Assembly (NCBI GenBank): GCA_965248535.1 | Contig: CBDFJR010000002.1 | Span: forward strand, 1,984,001-2,048,000 | Length of the DNA: 64,000 bases | Direction: 5' to 3' | Source: Phormidesmis sp. | GTDB lineage: Bacteria > Cyanobacteriota > Cyanobacteriia > Leptolyngbyales > Leptolyngbyaceae | Shown here: piece by piece, positions 48,454 through 58,833 of the stretch | Layout of the letters: each line of letters opens with the position of its first letter | Numbering within the stretch: the first letter of the stretch is position 1 | The notes under the pieces: model-generated | The model's input: only the letters and a program-made list of their open reading frames with translations | Told to the model about the DNA's origin: nothing | Database searches by the model: none | Position numbers and translations under genes: made by a program

Positions 48454-49635
48454 TTACAAAACAGCGCCCGTGTTTCCCGACGTAAAAGTCTGCTCGGCGG
48501 CGACCCGTTTGAGCAGTTGGGCAACTTTTTGGCAAGTGCCCTCTATGTGAAACGTTTGGCTGGCATATTGATAAGCACGCTGCGCGATCGTCGCCGCCTG
48601 TTCTGAATTAGCTCGACACTCATTGATCACATCAGATAACTGCATCGGGTCATTGGCAGAAACTAACCACCCCGTGCCCCCCGGCTCAATCAATTCCACC
48701 ACGCCTCCAGCAGCAGTAGCCACAACCGGACGTTGACACAGCATGGCCTCGACAATGACTCGACCAAAAGGTTCTGGCGAGGTTGACGTGTGAGCGATCA
48801 ACTCACAGGCGCTCATCAACTCAGAGATATCAGCCCGAAAGCCGAGAAACCTGACCCGATCGCCCAGACCCAACTCAGCCACTTGTTGATGGAGACGCTC
48901 AACGTAGGCATCTTCGCCAAACAGCGCATCTCCTACAAACAGCGCCACCACCTCTTGAGGGCAGTGAGCTAACGCCTCTAACAAGACATGCTGCCCTTTC
49001 CAGGGAGACAGGCGGCTAAAGCAGCCCACCACAAAGCGACCCTCTAAGTCAAGCTCTTGCCGCAGTCGCAAAACAGCGTCAGGCGAGCTTTTAAACTGCT
49101 CTAGCCTAAACCCGTTATAGATCACCTCGGTGAGGGTTGCCTTGCCACCAGCTTCTATAAAAGCCGTCTGGGTCGCTCTTGAGTTGGCTACGACTCGCTC
49201 TGCAAACCAATTGGTCAAAATTGGAACTAGCCGCAGGTTAATCGGGCTGAAATGCTCTGGGGTGAGAATGTCGTGCAAAAAATGCACCAGCGGGCGGCGA
49301 CTGAGAAAACTCGCGATCGCTCCCACCACTAGAGCTTTAGCAGTGTTTGTGCAAATGACATCATAGTCTCGACTCAGCTTGGTCACCTCAGCAATCAAGG
49401 GCACAATCTGCCCCAAACTTAAAACGCTTTGCCAGAAAGAACTGTCTCGCTTAACCGCGATCGCTTGCTTGCCCAACACCCGCACCGGAATGTGGTCTTG
49501 CTCTAGCCGAGTTTTAAACGACCCGTCAGCCATCAGCCCGACCAAACACGAGCTTTGATACTGTCGAGCGATATCGAGCAGAAACAGTTCTGCGCCTCCT
49601 AGCACTCCACTGTGATCTAAAAACAAAATTTTCAT
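48454..49635 (-). CDS. Glycosyltransferase family 4 (tandem paralog A)
   Basis: MKILFLDHSGVLGGAE; SRLSPWKGQ; EPFGRVIVEAM. Confidence 0.92.
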   Translation of the reverse strand: MKILFLDHSGVLGGAELFLLDIARQYQSSCLVGLMADGSFKTRLEQDHIPVRVLGKQAIAVKRDSSFWQSVLSLGQIVPLIAEVTKLSRDYDVICTNTAKALVVGAIASFLSRRPLVHFLHDILTPEHFSPINLRLVPILTNWFAERVVANSRATQTAFIEAGGKATLTEVIYNGFRLEQFKSSPDAVLRLRQELDLEGRFVVGCFSRLSPWKGQHVLLEALAHCPQEVVALFVGDALFGEDAYVERLHQQVAELGLGDRVRFLGFRADISELMSACELIAHTSTSPEPFGRVIVEAMLCQRPVVATAAGGVVELIEPGGTGWLVSANDPMQLSDVINECRANSEQAATIAQRAYQYASQTFHIEGTCQKVAQLLKRVAAEQTFTSGNTGAVL

Positions 49636-49775
49636 AGCGTCAGCTTTTTGAGAGTGAGAAGGGTTTAGGAAACAACACATCACCCCAATCCTAATACGAA
49701 GGGACAGAAGAAGAATCTGCCAAAGCACTCATTCATTGAATGTTTTTAATTCATGACTTAATTATCGGATGTCTA

Positions 49776-50924
49776 CTAATTTTCTGCGATCAGATTTTCT
49801 AAAAGCTGGTCAAACTGTTGGCAAGTTTTATCCAAATGAAACGTCTGACTGGCATATTGATGGGCGCGTTGCACGATCGCTGCTGACGCTTCTGGTTGAG
49901 TTCGACACCTGTTGACCACTCGCGCTAACCTGATCGGATCATTGGCGGGCACTAACCACCCCGTTCGGTTAGATTCGATTAGTTCTACGACTCCTCCGGC
50001 GGCGGTAGCCACGATCGGTCTGCGACACAACATCGCTTCGATAATCACGCGGCCAAACGGCTCTGGCGCTGTAGACGTATGGGCAACCAAATCGCAAGCG
50101 CCCATCAGACTAGACACATCAGCCCGAAAGCCCAGAAACTTGACCCGATCGCCCAGCCCCAACTCAGCCACTTGTTCATGCAGGTGCTCAACATAGTCAT
50201 CTTCACCGAATAAGGCATCGCCGACCAACAAGACCGTTACATTTTGAGGACAGTAGGTGAGCGCTTCTAGCAAAACATGCTGCCCTTTCCAGGGAGACAA
50301 ACGGCTAAAACTGCCGACCACAAACTGCCCCTCTAGCCCAAGCTTCTGCCGTATCTGGGGAGCCTTTTCGGGTGACTGTTGAAAGCGATCGGGCACAAAA
50401 CCGTTATAGATTACTTCTGTGAGGTGCGCTTTGCCGCCCGCCGCAACAAAGGCTGCTTGCGTTGCTTTAGAGTTGGCAATCACTTTCACCGCACAGGTGT
50501 TAGCGAGGGCAACTGCAATGTGCAGATTTGCTGGGCTGAAGTGCTCGGCAGAGAGAATGTCTCGCAGATAATGAACCAGCGGGCGACGGCTAATCAAGCT
50601 AGCGAGGGCACCGATCACCATCGCCTTTTGAGTATTCGTGCAGATCACATCATAGTCTCGACTGAGGCGTGCGATCTTGACAATCAACGGCAGCAATCGA
50701 TGGAGATGCGTGAGACTTTGCCAAAAACTGCTGTCTCGATTGATCGTCACTAGCCGATCGGTCAGCACCTTAACCGGAATGTGCTCTTGTTCTAATCGCG
50801 TTTTAAATGAACCCTCCGCCAGCAGACCCACCAAACAAGAATCCTGATAGCAACGAGCAAGATCCAACAAAGAGAGTTCTGCACCCCCTAAAACACCACT
50901 ATGATCTAGGAATAGAATTTTCAT
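49776..50924 (-). CDS. Glycosyltransferase family 4 (tandem paralog B)
   Basis: MKILFLDHSGVLGGAE; SRLSPWKGQ; EPFGRVIIEAM. Confidence 0.92.
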   Translation of the reverse strand: MKILFLDHSGVLGGAELSLLDLARCYQDSCLVGLLAEGSFKTRLEQEHIPVKVLTDRLVTINRDSSFWQSLTHLHRLLPLIVKIARLSRDYDVICTNTQKAMVIGALASLISRRPLVHYLRDILSAEHFSPANLHIAVALANTCAVKVIANSKATQAAFVAAGGKAHLTEVIYNGFVPDRFQQSPEKAPQIRQKLGLEGQFVVGSFSRLSPWKGQHVLLEALTYCPQNVTVLLVGDALFGEDDYVEHLHEQVAELGLGDRVKFLGFRADVSSLMGACDLVAHTSTAPEPFGRVIIEAMLCRRPIVATAAGGVVELIESNRTGWLVPANDPIRLARVVNRCRTQPEASAAIVQRAHQYASQTFHLDKTCQQFDQLLENLIAEN

Positions 50925-51057
50925 AGAGAGAATGCTCAGTGAATGAGGGTCGATCGAGAAGAGGGGGCTAACTTCAGATCTTGCCTCAAGCCTGGAGAGT
51001 TTGAGGCGTTCAATCCTGTGGCAATGCTGGGCCCTGATGGGCAGTCACCTTCACCGA

Positions 51058-52233
51058 TCAACGTCGGATCAGTTGCTCAGAAGCTGGAGCAGGAACCGAA
51101 AGCGCAGCGCTATAGACCGCTTTGATCTGTTGAGCTACCACTGGCCAGGCATAGTGATCTCTGACATAGGCTCTGCAAGTCTCGGCATTGGGGAGCGATC
51201 GCTGCCCTGACAAAATTTCTAAAATTCCTTGTGTTAAGTGTTCAGTTGAAGATCCTTCCAATACTAAATCATCCGACAAGGGACGCAACACTTCAGGAAT
51301 CGCCCCGATCGGGGTGCCCACCACGGGAGTCCCCGAAGCCAAAGACTCAATCATGCTCAAGCCAAACCCCTCAAACGAGAGCGTGGGCATGATCGAAAAG
51401 TCAGCCGCCCGATAAGCCAGCGCTAGCTGATCTTCTGAGACAAACCCCAACAGTCGCACCTGATTGGTTAAGTCTAATGACTTGATCTGCTGTTGCAGCG
51501 TTTCGGCGAGTTCTCCCTTACCTGCAATCAGCAACAGCGCATCGGGATAGCGCTGACGCACCCCACTCATCGCACTGACCAAATTCTCTAAGCCTGTGCG
51601 TTTAACCAGTCGTCGCGTTGCAAAGATAATCGGACGATCGCACTCCCAGCCGAGCTGTAGACGAGCATTTTCTCGCGAGTTAGAAAACGCAAACCTCTCT
51701 AGATCAACCCCCGGTGGCACAATGTGAATGCGATCAAGAGGAATATCGTAAGTCCGATTCAGAAGATCACGAAATGCTGTCGAAAGCACAATCAGCTTTG
51801 TTGCATGGTGATAATGCTTGTGCTCTAAGGTTTTCTTAAACCAGATATTGACGGTGGAATAGCCTTCAACCTGACTTTCTAACGCCCACGGCCCATGAAA
51901 ATGAACGACTAAAGGGCGATCGCCAATCAAATTAAGAATGGGAGCGCCATGAAGGGCGAAATGCGACACGACTAGGGGAAACTCGTCCTCTTTAAGAACC
52001 CGTCGAACCGACGATCGTAAACCCTGCCAACGCTTGAGCAACGAACCCTGCTGGGGCGCAAAGACTTGAATCTGTCCATGAGATTCTTGAAAAACCTGAT
52101 CTGAACCCGTGACCAGACCCCGTACTTTAACCCCAGCAGCGGGCAGGTGGCGAGTGCAGTCATAATAAAAACGATTGAGTCCCCCAGTTTGTTCGGGGAA
52201 CCAACCCATACCAATTTGAAGAGTATTTAGCAT
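51058..52233 (-). CDS. Glycosyltransferase family 4
   Basis: GGLNR, HFHGPWA.E, RRLVKR.G, EGFGL..IESL. Confidence 0.9.
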   Translation of the reverse strand: MLNTLQIGMGWFPEQTGGLNRFYYDCTRHLPAAGVKVRGLVTGSDQVFQESHGQIQVFAPQQGSLLKRWQGLRSSVRRVLKEDEFPLVVSHFALHGAPILNLIGDRPLVVHFHGPWALESQVEGYSTVNIWFKKTLEHKHYHHATKLIVLSTAFRDLLNRTYDIPLDRIHIVPPGVDLERFAFSNSRENARLQLGWECDRPIIFATRRLVKRTGLENLVSAMSGVRQRYPDALLLIAGKGELAETLQQQIKSLDLTNQVRLLGFVSEDQLALAYRAADFSIMPTLSFEGFGLSMIESLASGTPVVGTPIGAIPEVLRPLSDDLVLEGSSTEHLTQGILEILSGQRSLPNAETCRAYVRDHYAWPVVAQQIKAVYSAALSVPAPASEQLIRR

Positions 52234-52381
52234 AGTGAAAACACTGCAATGAATGAACTTGAAACCTTGGCACACAGTTTAAGAGCCGTAATACAACCTG
52301 ATTAAAAAGCTAGCCAGCGGCAGCACGATCGAGACAAACACCGTAGTGATTTAAGACTCCTCATTACACCGTCTGGGTTAA

Positions 52382-53431
52382 CTAGACACAGTTACTGGGG
52401 GTGGACTCAGCGATCGTGGCTAGATAGATATCCTCATACTGCTTAGTAATCTCTTGCCAATCAAACGCTTCAGCCCGCACTAGGCCTTTAGCGACATACC
52501 CCGATCGCAGGTTCTCAGTGGCTAACAAATGATTAATTTGCTCCCCTAGGGCATCATCTGCAGCCAACACCCCATACTCACCGTCGTCCAGCACCTCGCA
52601 CGCTCCAGGATTTGGGCTAGCAACAACTGCTGTTCCAGAGGCCATGGCCTCAATGTAAGGAACACCAAACCCCTCATAGGTGCTGGGCATACAAAACACC
52701 CAGGCTCGCTGATAAAGCTCACAGATTTTTTCGAGCGGCACCTTACCAAAATTAACCACTCCCTCACCCTGAAGGGGCTGGTCTGCCACCGTCCATAGCT
52801 CTGCATTGGGAAAGCGCGATCGCACCTCTCGCACAAAGATTTCTGCTAAAAAAGCCCCCCGCTTGCGTCCTCCCGCTGTGCCCACAAACAAAACGCATGG
52901 ATGATCCGCCTTCTCACCCGGACGGAATCGCGAGAGATCTACGCCACAGTGCACGATCGCCGAAACCGCAGGAATGCGTTTCTGAGTTGCCCGCGACACC
53001 CCAATGTTGACATCTGCAACCCACGAACCCACCTGTTCTAACCCTGCAATCACGGTTTGATAAATGCGGCGACGCAGCCGAACGGCGTGTTTTGCCTCAT
53101 CGATCGCCGAGCCATGAAACGTCCGTAGGTGAGGATGACAACCAAACAACAAATAGTTGTCGCCGTGAGTATGGACAATATCAAACTCCGAAAAATTAGT
53201 TCGAGCCAAACAAGCCGCAAAGAAAAATGACTGAAGGCGCAATCGCTTGATAACTGCCGGGAGCGTATATTGACGCACTTGATAACGACACTCGGCGTAA
53301 GCAGGGCTAAAGGTGAACATCGTTACCTCATGGCCCTGATCTACCAAAGCATTGGCGAGATAGTGAGACTGAGCCGCCACACCTCCTTTGGCTTCGTTGG
53401 GTAAATCGACATGAGTCATGGCAATTTTCAT
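52382..53431 (-). CDS. Glycosyltransferase family 4
   Basis: KGGV, LFVG...RKRG, EGFGVPYIEAM. Confidence 0.9.
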   Translation of the reverse strand: MKIAMTHVDLPNEAKGGVAAQSHYLANALVDQGHEVTMFTFSPAYAECRYQVRQYTLPAVIKRLRLQSFFFAACLARTNFSEFDIVHTHGDNYLLFGCHPHLRTFHGSAIDEAKHAVRLRRRIYQTVIAGLEQVGSWVADVNIGVSRATQKRIPAVSAIVHCGVDLSRFRPGEKADHPCVLFVGTAGGRKRGAFLAEIFVREVRSRFPNAELWTVADQPLQGEGVVNFGKVPLEKICELYQRAWVFCMPSTYEGFGVPYIEAMASGTAVVASPNPGACEVLDDGEYGVLAADDALGEQINHLLATENLRSGYVAKGLVRAEAFDWQEITKQYEDIYLATIAESTPSNCV

Positions 53432-53433
53432 CG

Positions 53434-54867
53434 TTAACTTCCTTGGGTTTGATAGTCATGATATTTTTGGGCGGCGACACCCAAGCCAACAAAGCCCCAG
53501 AAAATAATTCCAGACTCCCTGGCCAAGACATTGCCAAACACAAGCTGTAGACACATAGCCAGCACGATCGCCCGAATGGTGCTGAAAAAGGTATCCGATC
53601 GACCGTTGTTCTTGCCTCGAAATAATCGCAGCAGCAGTAAGACCAGCCCGCCCCCATAAAAAACCATGCCGATCCAACCAAAGGTGAACAGCAGATCCAA
53701 AATGGCGCTATCGTAAGTCGGCATCACGCCCGTCCCATAACCCGTCAAACTTGATGAAGCCTGACTCAACAGTCCCTCATAGGTTGCCCGACGGACTTGA
53801 GCACTGGTATCGCTATCTAGGTCAGACAGAGTTTCTAAACGATTGTTGATCGTCTCCGCAAACGGTTCCATCGTTGTTAAAGGAACCACTGCCAGCCCCA
53901 AAACAAAGACAATCAAAATCAACCGCAACTGAAACTTGGGGCTAAGAGAAGTCATCAACGCCACCAAGCCAAACATCCACCCACCCCAGGCAGACCGAAC
54001 CAGCGTCAACATAAAACTCAAGTAGCCTACCACTGAAGCAGGAACTTGCAGAATGCCTTTAGCGCCTTGCCCACTCAACATCATCAGTAGCCCAGCCATC
54101 ATCCAAACAGCGAAGGGGCCGGGTGAATTCATGGTGCTGAATAGTCGAACTTCCTGCTTGTCAACATTCCCAAAGGAGCCAGCGCCTTTTTCAGTCACGG
54201 CTGAGAGCCAGAATGTATCCCATGCAGGCATACTCACATACTGAACAATTCCATAGACACCAGTTACCAAAACGCCCCAAAAGAAGACTTTTTGAATGGT
54301 TTGTCGATATTTAGAATAGTTTTGCCAATGGGAAACTAAATAGAAACTAAATAGAACTGGAATGAGCCAATCTAACCCAGTTTTTGCCACACTAAACAGG
54401 TTGCCATTCACGGCTCCAATGCAAAAACTATAGGCAATTCCGACCAAGACAAACCCATAGGGAAGCGTGTCTCCTTTATAGAGTTTTGGCAACTGTCGCA
54501 GCAGGGACGGAAGAATCACCAAAACGGCTAGGTAGGGCGCTAGCAGCACTAATCGAGTCTCATCAAACTGACCTGCATAGAAGTCAGACAGACGACTCAC
54601 GAAAGGAGTCAGGAACCAAAGCCACAGGGAAAACCCGAGGTAAAGAACTGGATATTTTTGATGCAGCAGAAACGCAACAATCAAGGCTCCTGCTGGATAG
54701 GTAAATCGCAGAACACTGCCCAGATGCGCGACAATGCACACGCTTGTAACCAACAAAAACGTCAGAATGATCGTCCAAGCTGCGGCAGGCTCTAAGCCAA
54801 GGGCGGCGAAAGCTGAGGGCGGTTTATAGGAGGGGGCGACAGTTTTAGGGTTCATAGGTTGATGCAA
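53434..54867 (-). CDS. O-antigen ligase / Wzy-like membrane protein (second)
   Basis: About 12 TMs; YGIVQY..P.WD.FW; RLFSTMNSPGPFA; RSAW; S..R; G.G.G; DS.ILD...FGW.G. Confidence 0.8.
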   Translation of the reverse strand: MHQPMNPKTVAPSYKPPSAFAALGLEPAAAWTIILTFLLVTSVCIVAHLGSVLRFTYPAGALIVAFLLHQKYPVLYLGFSLWLWFLTPFVSRLSDFYAGQFDETRLVLLAPYLAVLVILPSLLRQLPKLYKGDTLPYGFVLVGIAYSFCIGAVNGNLFSVAKTGLDWLIPVLFSFYLVSHWQNYSKYRQTIQKVFFWGVLVTGVYGIVQYVSMPAWDTFWLSAVTEKGAGSFGNVDKQEVRLFSTMNSPGPFAVWMMAGLLMMLSGQGAKGILQVPASVVGYLSFMLTLVRSAWGGWMFGLVALMTSLSPKFQLRLILIVFVLGLAVVPLTTMEPFAETINNRLETLSDLDSDTSAQVRRATYEGLLSQASSSLTGYGTGVMPTYDSAILDLLFTFGWIGMVFYGGGLVLLLLRLFRGKNNGRSDTFFSTIRAIVLAMCLQLVFGNVLARESGIIFWGFVGLGVAAQKYHDYQTQGS

Positions 54868-54873
54868 ACCTGA

Positions 54874-55968
54874 TTATGGGGTGCTGTTGTCTAACGATCG
54901 GGCCACAAAGCAATCAGCAAATGTCTTGGCTTGAGTAGATAGCTGGTGAGTTTGATACCAGGCGTAGGAATGATCGGCGATCGTTTGCAGATCATTGGAG
55001 CTAGATAACGTCCAATAGTGTTGTCCTGCCTGCAATCCATCAATCTCAGGATGGGGCTGATGGCAAATAGGCAACAAACCATGAGCGCAGTAGGCCGCAA
55101 AAATAGTAGATTTGGCTAAACGCCCGCTGTAGTAGTTTAGAAATCCGGCGATCGAGGTTGACAAGATCTCACTGATTTCTGCGGTGGATCGTTTTCCTAA
55201 CACCACAATGGGGACGGTGCCGATCGCGGATAATTCCAATCCCGTTGGCATTCCGATATCCAAAATTTCTTCAATCTGCAACCGTTGGCAAATCTGATGC
55301 AGCAGGGGTTGAGAATGGCGATAAACGCGCCGACGATTTCCGGCTTGCCCAAAGATTATCAGCCGTTTCTTGCGGGCTGAGAGCGGCAACACCGATCGCG
55401 GCTCGGCAATGCTAGAAAACACGGGAAGACTGGGAATGTCAACGTGTTTTTGGTGACTGAGGATTTGCAAGGTTTTTGCATATTGCTCGGCACTGGTGAT
55501 GCAGCGATCGCTCAGACAAGCGGTTTGAGAGGCCAAGTGTCGATGGATGGGAGCTAGCCAAAACCCCGATCGCCAGGGCGGTTCGGTGGCGATCAGTTCA
55601 TGAAACATGGTCACTAACTGAGCTTCTGGAGTTTGTTTTTTCCACTGCGTTAAAGCCGCAATCAGCCACCACGGGCAGCCTCGCTTTGCATAGCCATAGT
55701 TGACGTAGTGCAACAGCACCGGAGCAGTTGACGGATGATTGAGCAGGGCAGTTTGCAGGGCAAAAGCAGAGCGATCGGGCAGGGTCTCCACCGAAAAATC
55801 AGCGATCGCGCCTGTGTTTTGCCAATGGTCATCTCCGACAATGAAATGAGTTTTGATACCAAAATCTCGATCTAGCTGTTGAGCTAGATAAAACGCATAG
55901 TCTCCTACTCCGCTGATGGTGGGCGGCAGGTGGGGAACGATCGAGAGAATAGATGTATGTTCACTCAT
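54874..55968 (-). CDS. GT-B fold glycosyltransferase-like protein
   Basis: PP..SGVGDYA, LHYVNYGY..RG.P, MFHE, AKSTIFAAYCAHG. Confidence 0.78.
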   Translation of the reverse strand: MSEHTSILSIVPHLPPTISGVGDYAFYLAQQLDRDFGIKTHFIVGDDHWQNTGAIADFSVETLPDRSAFALQTALLNHPSTAPVLLHYVNYGYAKRGCPWWLIAALTQWKKQTPEAQLVTMFHELIATEPPWRSGFWLAPIHRHLASQTACLSDRCITSAEQYAKTLQILSHQKHVDIPSLPVFSSIAEPRSVLPLSARKKRLIIFGQAGNRRRVYRHSQPLLHQICQRLQIEEILDIGMPTGLELSAIGTVPIVVLGKRSTAEISEILSTSIAGFLNYYSGRLAKSTIFAAYCAHGLLPICHQPHPEIDGLQAGQHYWTLSSSNDLQTIADHSYAWYQTHQLSTQAKTFADCFVARSLDNSTP

Positions 55969-55996
55969 TTCTGAGGACTGGCAACATTGAATAGGG

Positions 55997-56539
55997 TTAG
56001 TGAAACAGGCGCATGTAACTGAGTTGATAGGTCTGGGTTCCTTTCCGTTCGCGAATGAATCGGGCTGGATTCCCCCCCACAATGGCGTTGGGCGGCACAT
56101 CTTTGGTGACGATAGAGCCTGCTGCTACGATCGCGTGATGACCCACGGTAACTCCTGGTAAAATCATGGCTCTCGTCGCGATCCAGGCATAATCTTCAAC
56201 CACTACTGGTTTCTCAATACCAGCAAAATCTGCATCATCCGGATCATGGTAGGCCGTTAAAATCATGACTTCGGGTGCAAGATTGACATTATTGCCGATC
56301 GTGATCCCCCCTCTGCCGTCAAGCTGACAATCTCGGTCAATCACACAATGGTCGCCGATGCTGATTTGTCCCCGTGTATAAAGTCGCAACCGCATGTGAA
56401 TTGAGCTACCTTTCCCTAAGCTCACTTTCATCAAGTGACGCAAAAACCAGCGTCGCAGCAAATGGCTAGGAAACTGAGAGACAAAGGAATTAAAAACGTA
56501 GAGCAGAATGCTCAACCCAACGGATTTGATCACGAGCAT
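55997..56539 (-). CDS. Left-handed beta-helix O-acetyltransferase
   Basis: Hexapeptide repeats; LDGRGGITIG; ILPGVTVG...VAAGSIVTKDVP...GNPAR. Confidence 0.92.
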   Translation of the reverse strand: MLVIKSVGLSILLYVFNSFVSQFPSHLLRRWFLRHLMKVSLGKGSSIHMRLRLYTRGQISIGDHCVIDRDCQLDGRGGITIGNNVNLAPEVMILTAYHDPDDADFAGIEKPVVVEDYAWIATRAMILPGVTVGHHAIVAAGSIVTKDVPPNAIVGGNPARFIRERKGTQTYQLSYMRLFH

Positions 56540-57687
56540 ACAGCCTCTTTTTCTGACTGCAAGGGAGTCCAGAACCGCGATCGCACCGCCTCTAGGGTGA
56601 ACTGAGATCGCCCTAATTTCAGTGCATTCTCAACAATCTGCGGCATCTGAGGTTGAGTCACTTCAAGGCTTTGCTTGATGATGGCAGGATCAAGGGAATG
56701 AGCCAGAATTGCAGCATTGTGTAGTTCTAAAAGTTGACTTGCCGCCGCGATCGCCGGGCCGTGATACAAGATTGGCAGTCCACTGCCTAAATAGGTCACC
56801 ATTTTGGTTGAGAGACTATACTTCGTGAAAGTTTCGGTCTCCTTGCCAAAGGGCAACGGCATATATAAAGCATCTATTTGGTCTAAGTCTTGAGCAACTT
56901 CTGCTTGAGATCCCCAAGGCAACAGCTTAATTGGAATAGTTGAACTGGTGAGATCAAAGGGAACGCCGCCTCGAATCGTCAGGGAGACAGACCAATCTAA
57001 ATGGCATTGCTGAAACCGATTCAAGGCTTCGAGCAATGCACAGAAATTTGCTTGATAGGTGAGATGAATCGCTCCCATAAAGTAAACCCTTAACTGCTTG
57101 GGCAACCGGGGCAACGCCGCCGCAGGAATGTCTGTGATTCCATCTGTGACGATCGTCCAAGACTTTTGTCCATAGCGCCGACAATACTCTTCGCCCATTT
57201 CTTTTGAGATCACAAATCGCTCGGCTGCGTTTGCCCAAGCCTCGCCAATATGCGCCATGCCAAATTTTTGTTCTAACCGATTTTGCAGCGCGTAAGCCAA
57301 ATCATCATGTACTGTCAGATAGTAGGGTAGATTTAGTTTTTGTGCGACTCGGTAGGCATACCAAAAATCGAGGCTGTGGGCGAGTCCATGAATTCCCGTC
57401 GCTTTGTGATCTAGACAAACTTGGGTTAATCGGTCTTCAAATCGTCGAGCGAGACTTGCTTCGATCGGGTAGAAATATCGGCTCAAACGGGTACTTTCTA
57501 AGCGACCCAAATGAGGACGAACGGGTAAATGGATTTCTGGAGCGATCGCCGTTTGGGGAGGGCTTTGAGGGGACGTGCAAACACTTAAACAGGGCACGGG
57601 TGCATCTTGCAGCAGCGAGCGAAAGATGCGAGGGCCGCCGCCCGGAGAGTTGAGTCCATAAGGCTGAACAAAAACAAGCATTGCCAA
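56530..57687 (-). CDS. GT-B fold glycosyltransferase-like protein
   Basis: PGGG, TVHDD, IS.EM...Y..RYG, YSLSTKMVTYL.SG.PI..HGP. Confidence 0.72.
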   Translation of the reverse strand: MAMLVFVQPYGLNSPGGGPRIFRSLLQDAPVPCLSVCTSPQSPPQTAIAPEIHLPVRPHLGRLESTRLSRYFYPIEASLARRFEDRLTQVCLDHKATGIHGLAHSLDFWYAYRVAQKLNLPYYLTVHDDLAYALQNRLEQKFGMAHIGEAWANAAERFVISKEMGEEYCRRYGQKSWTIVTDGITDIPAAALPRLPKQLRVYFMGAIHLTYQANFCALLEALNRFQQCHLDWSVSLTIRGGVPFDLTSSTIPIKLLPWGSQAEVAQDLDQIDALYMPLPFGKETETFTKYSLSTKMVTYLGSGLPILYHGPAIAAASQLLELHNAAILAHSLDPAIIKQSLEVTQPQMPQIVENALKLGRSQFTLEAVRSRFWTPLQSEKEAVCS

Positions 57688-58752
57688 TTACCTCACTCTC
57701 GCAGTTTGGCGCTGAGTCCAGCTTTCACAGATTTCCTCAAAAATGTTTTGCAGACTTTTTGTGATGTCCCAATCTGGATAATGGGCTTTAAGTTTGCTCA
57801 AGTCGCTAATGTAGCAAATGTGGTCGCCTTCGCGGTTTTGGTCTACATAGTCGTAGACCATTTTTTGACCCGTGATGCTCTCAACTAGCGAAAAAGCTTC
57901 TAAAATTGAGCAGCTATTGTTGCGCCCGCCTCCCAGGTTATAAACCTCACCCTGTCGAGGGTTTTGAATAAACGCATGGATAAATCGTGCCACATCCAAT
58001 GAGTGAATGTTATCGCGCACTTGTTTGCCTTTATACCCAAATACCGTGTAGTGTTTGCCTTCTAAATTGCACTTAACCAAGTAGCTGAGAAAGCCGTGTA
58101 GCTCGACTCCAGAATGGTTTGGTCCGGTGAGACATCCCCCTCTCAAGCAGCAGGTCTTCATACCAAAATAGCGCCCATATTCTTGCACCATGACATCGGC
58201 AGCCACTTTGGAGGCACCAAAAATAGAGTGCTTGGATTGGTCGATTCGGCACTGTTCTGTGATGCCACCATAGTTCTCTGCCTGGGCATAGTCCCAGCGA
58301 GTTGCTTGTTCAATCAGGGGCAATTCGTTGGGTGAGTCGCCATAGACTTTGTTGGTTGACATGTGAACAAAGACGGCTTCTGGAGCAGAGCAGCGAGTCG
58401 CTTCGAGCAGATTTAGCGTGCCAACCGCGTTGGTGTCAAAATCTTTAAAGGGAATTTTAGCCGCCAGATCATGAGAAGGTTGAGCCGCACAGTGAACGAT
58501 CGCATCCGGCTTGAGGGTCTCAATGAGTTGTAGCACTTGGGCGCGATCGCGGATGTCTAGCTCATAGTGCTTAAAGTTAGCCAAATCTGCTTCAAGCCGC
58601 TGTTGATTCCAGCGAGTGTCGCCCCCAGCACCAAAAAAATCGGCGCGCATATTGTTGTCAACGCCGCAGATTTCCCAACCTTCCTTAGCAAAATAAGTGC
58701 AGACTTCAGAGCCAATCAATCCCGAAGAGCCTGTGACCAATAATTTTTTCAT
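57688..58752 (-). CDS. NAD-dependent epimerase (CDP-tyvelose/paratose 2-epimerase-like)
   Basis: [35 protein letters not shown]. Confidence 0.85.
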   Translation of the reverse strand: MKKLLVTGSSGLIGSEVCTYFAKEGWEICGVDNNMRADFFGAGGDTRWNQQRLEADLANFKHYELDIRDRAQVLQLIETLKPDAIVHCAAQPSHDLAAKIPFKDFDTNAVGTLNLLEATRCSAPEAVFVHMSTNKVYGDSPNELPLIEQATRWDYAQAENYGGITEQCRIDQSKHSIFGASKVAADVMVQEYGRYFGMKTCCLRGGCLTGPNHSGVELHGFLSYLVKCNLEGKHYTVFGYKGKQVRDNIHSLDVARFIHAFIQNPRQGEVYNLGGGRNNSCSILEAFSLVESITGQKMVYDYVDQNREGDHICYISDLSKLKAHYPDWDITKSLQNIFEEICESWTQRQTARVR

Positions 58753-58833
58753 CGTTATTATGTATGCTCTACCCTCTACTTTCAGCGGTCTGTTGACAGA
58801 TCGGGAGTTTTACTGTTCTTTTACAAATGGACT

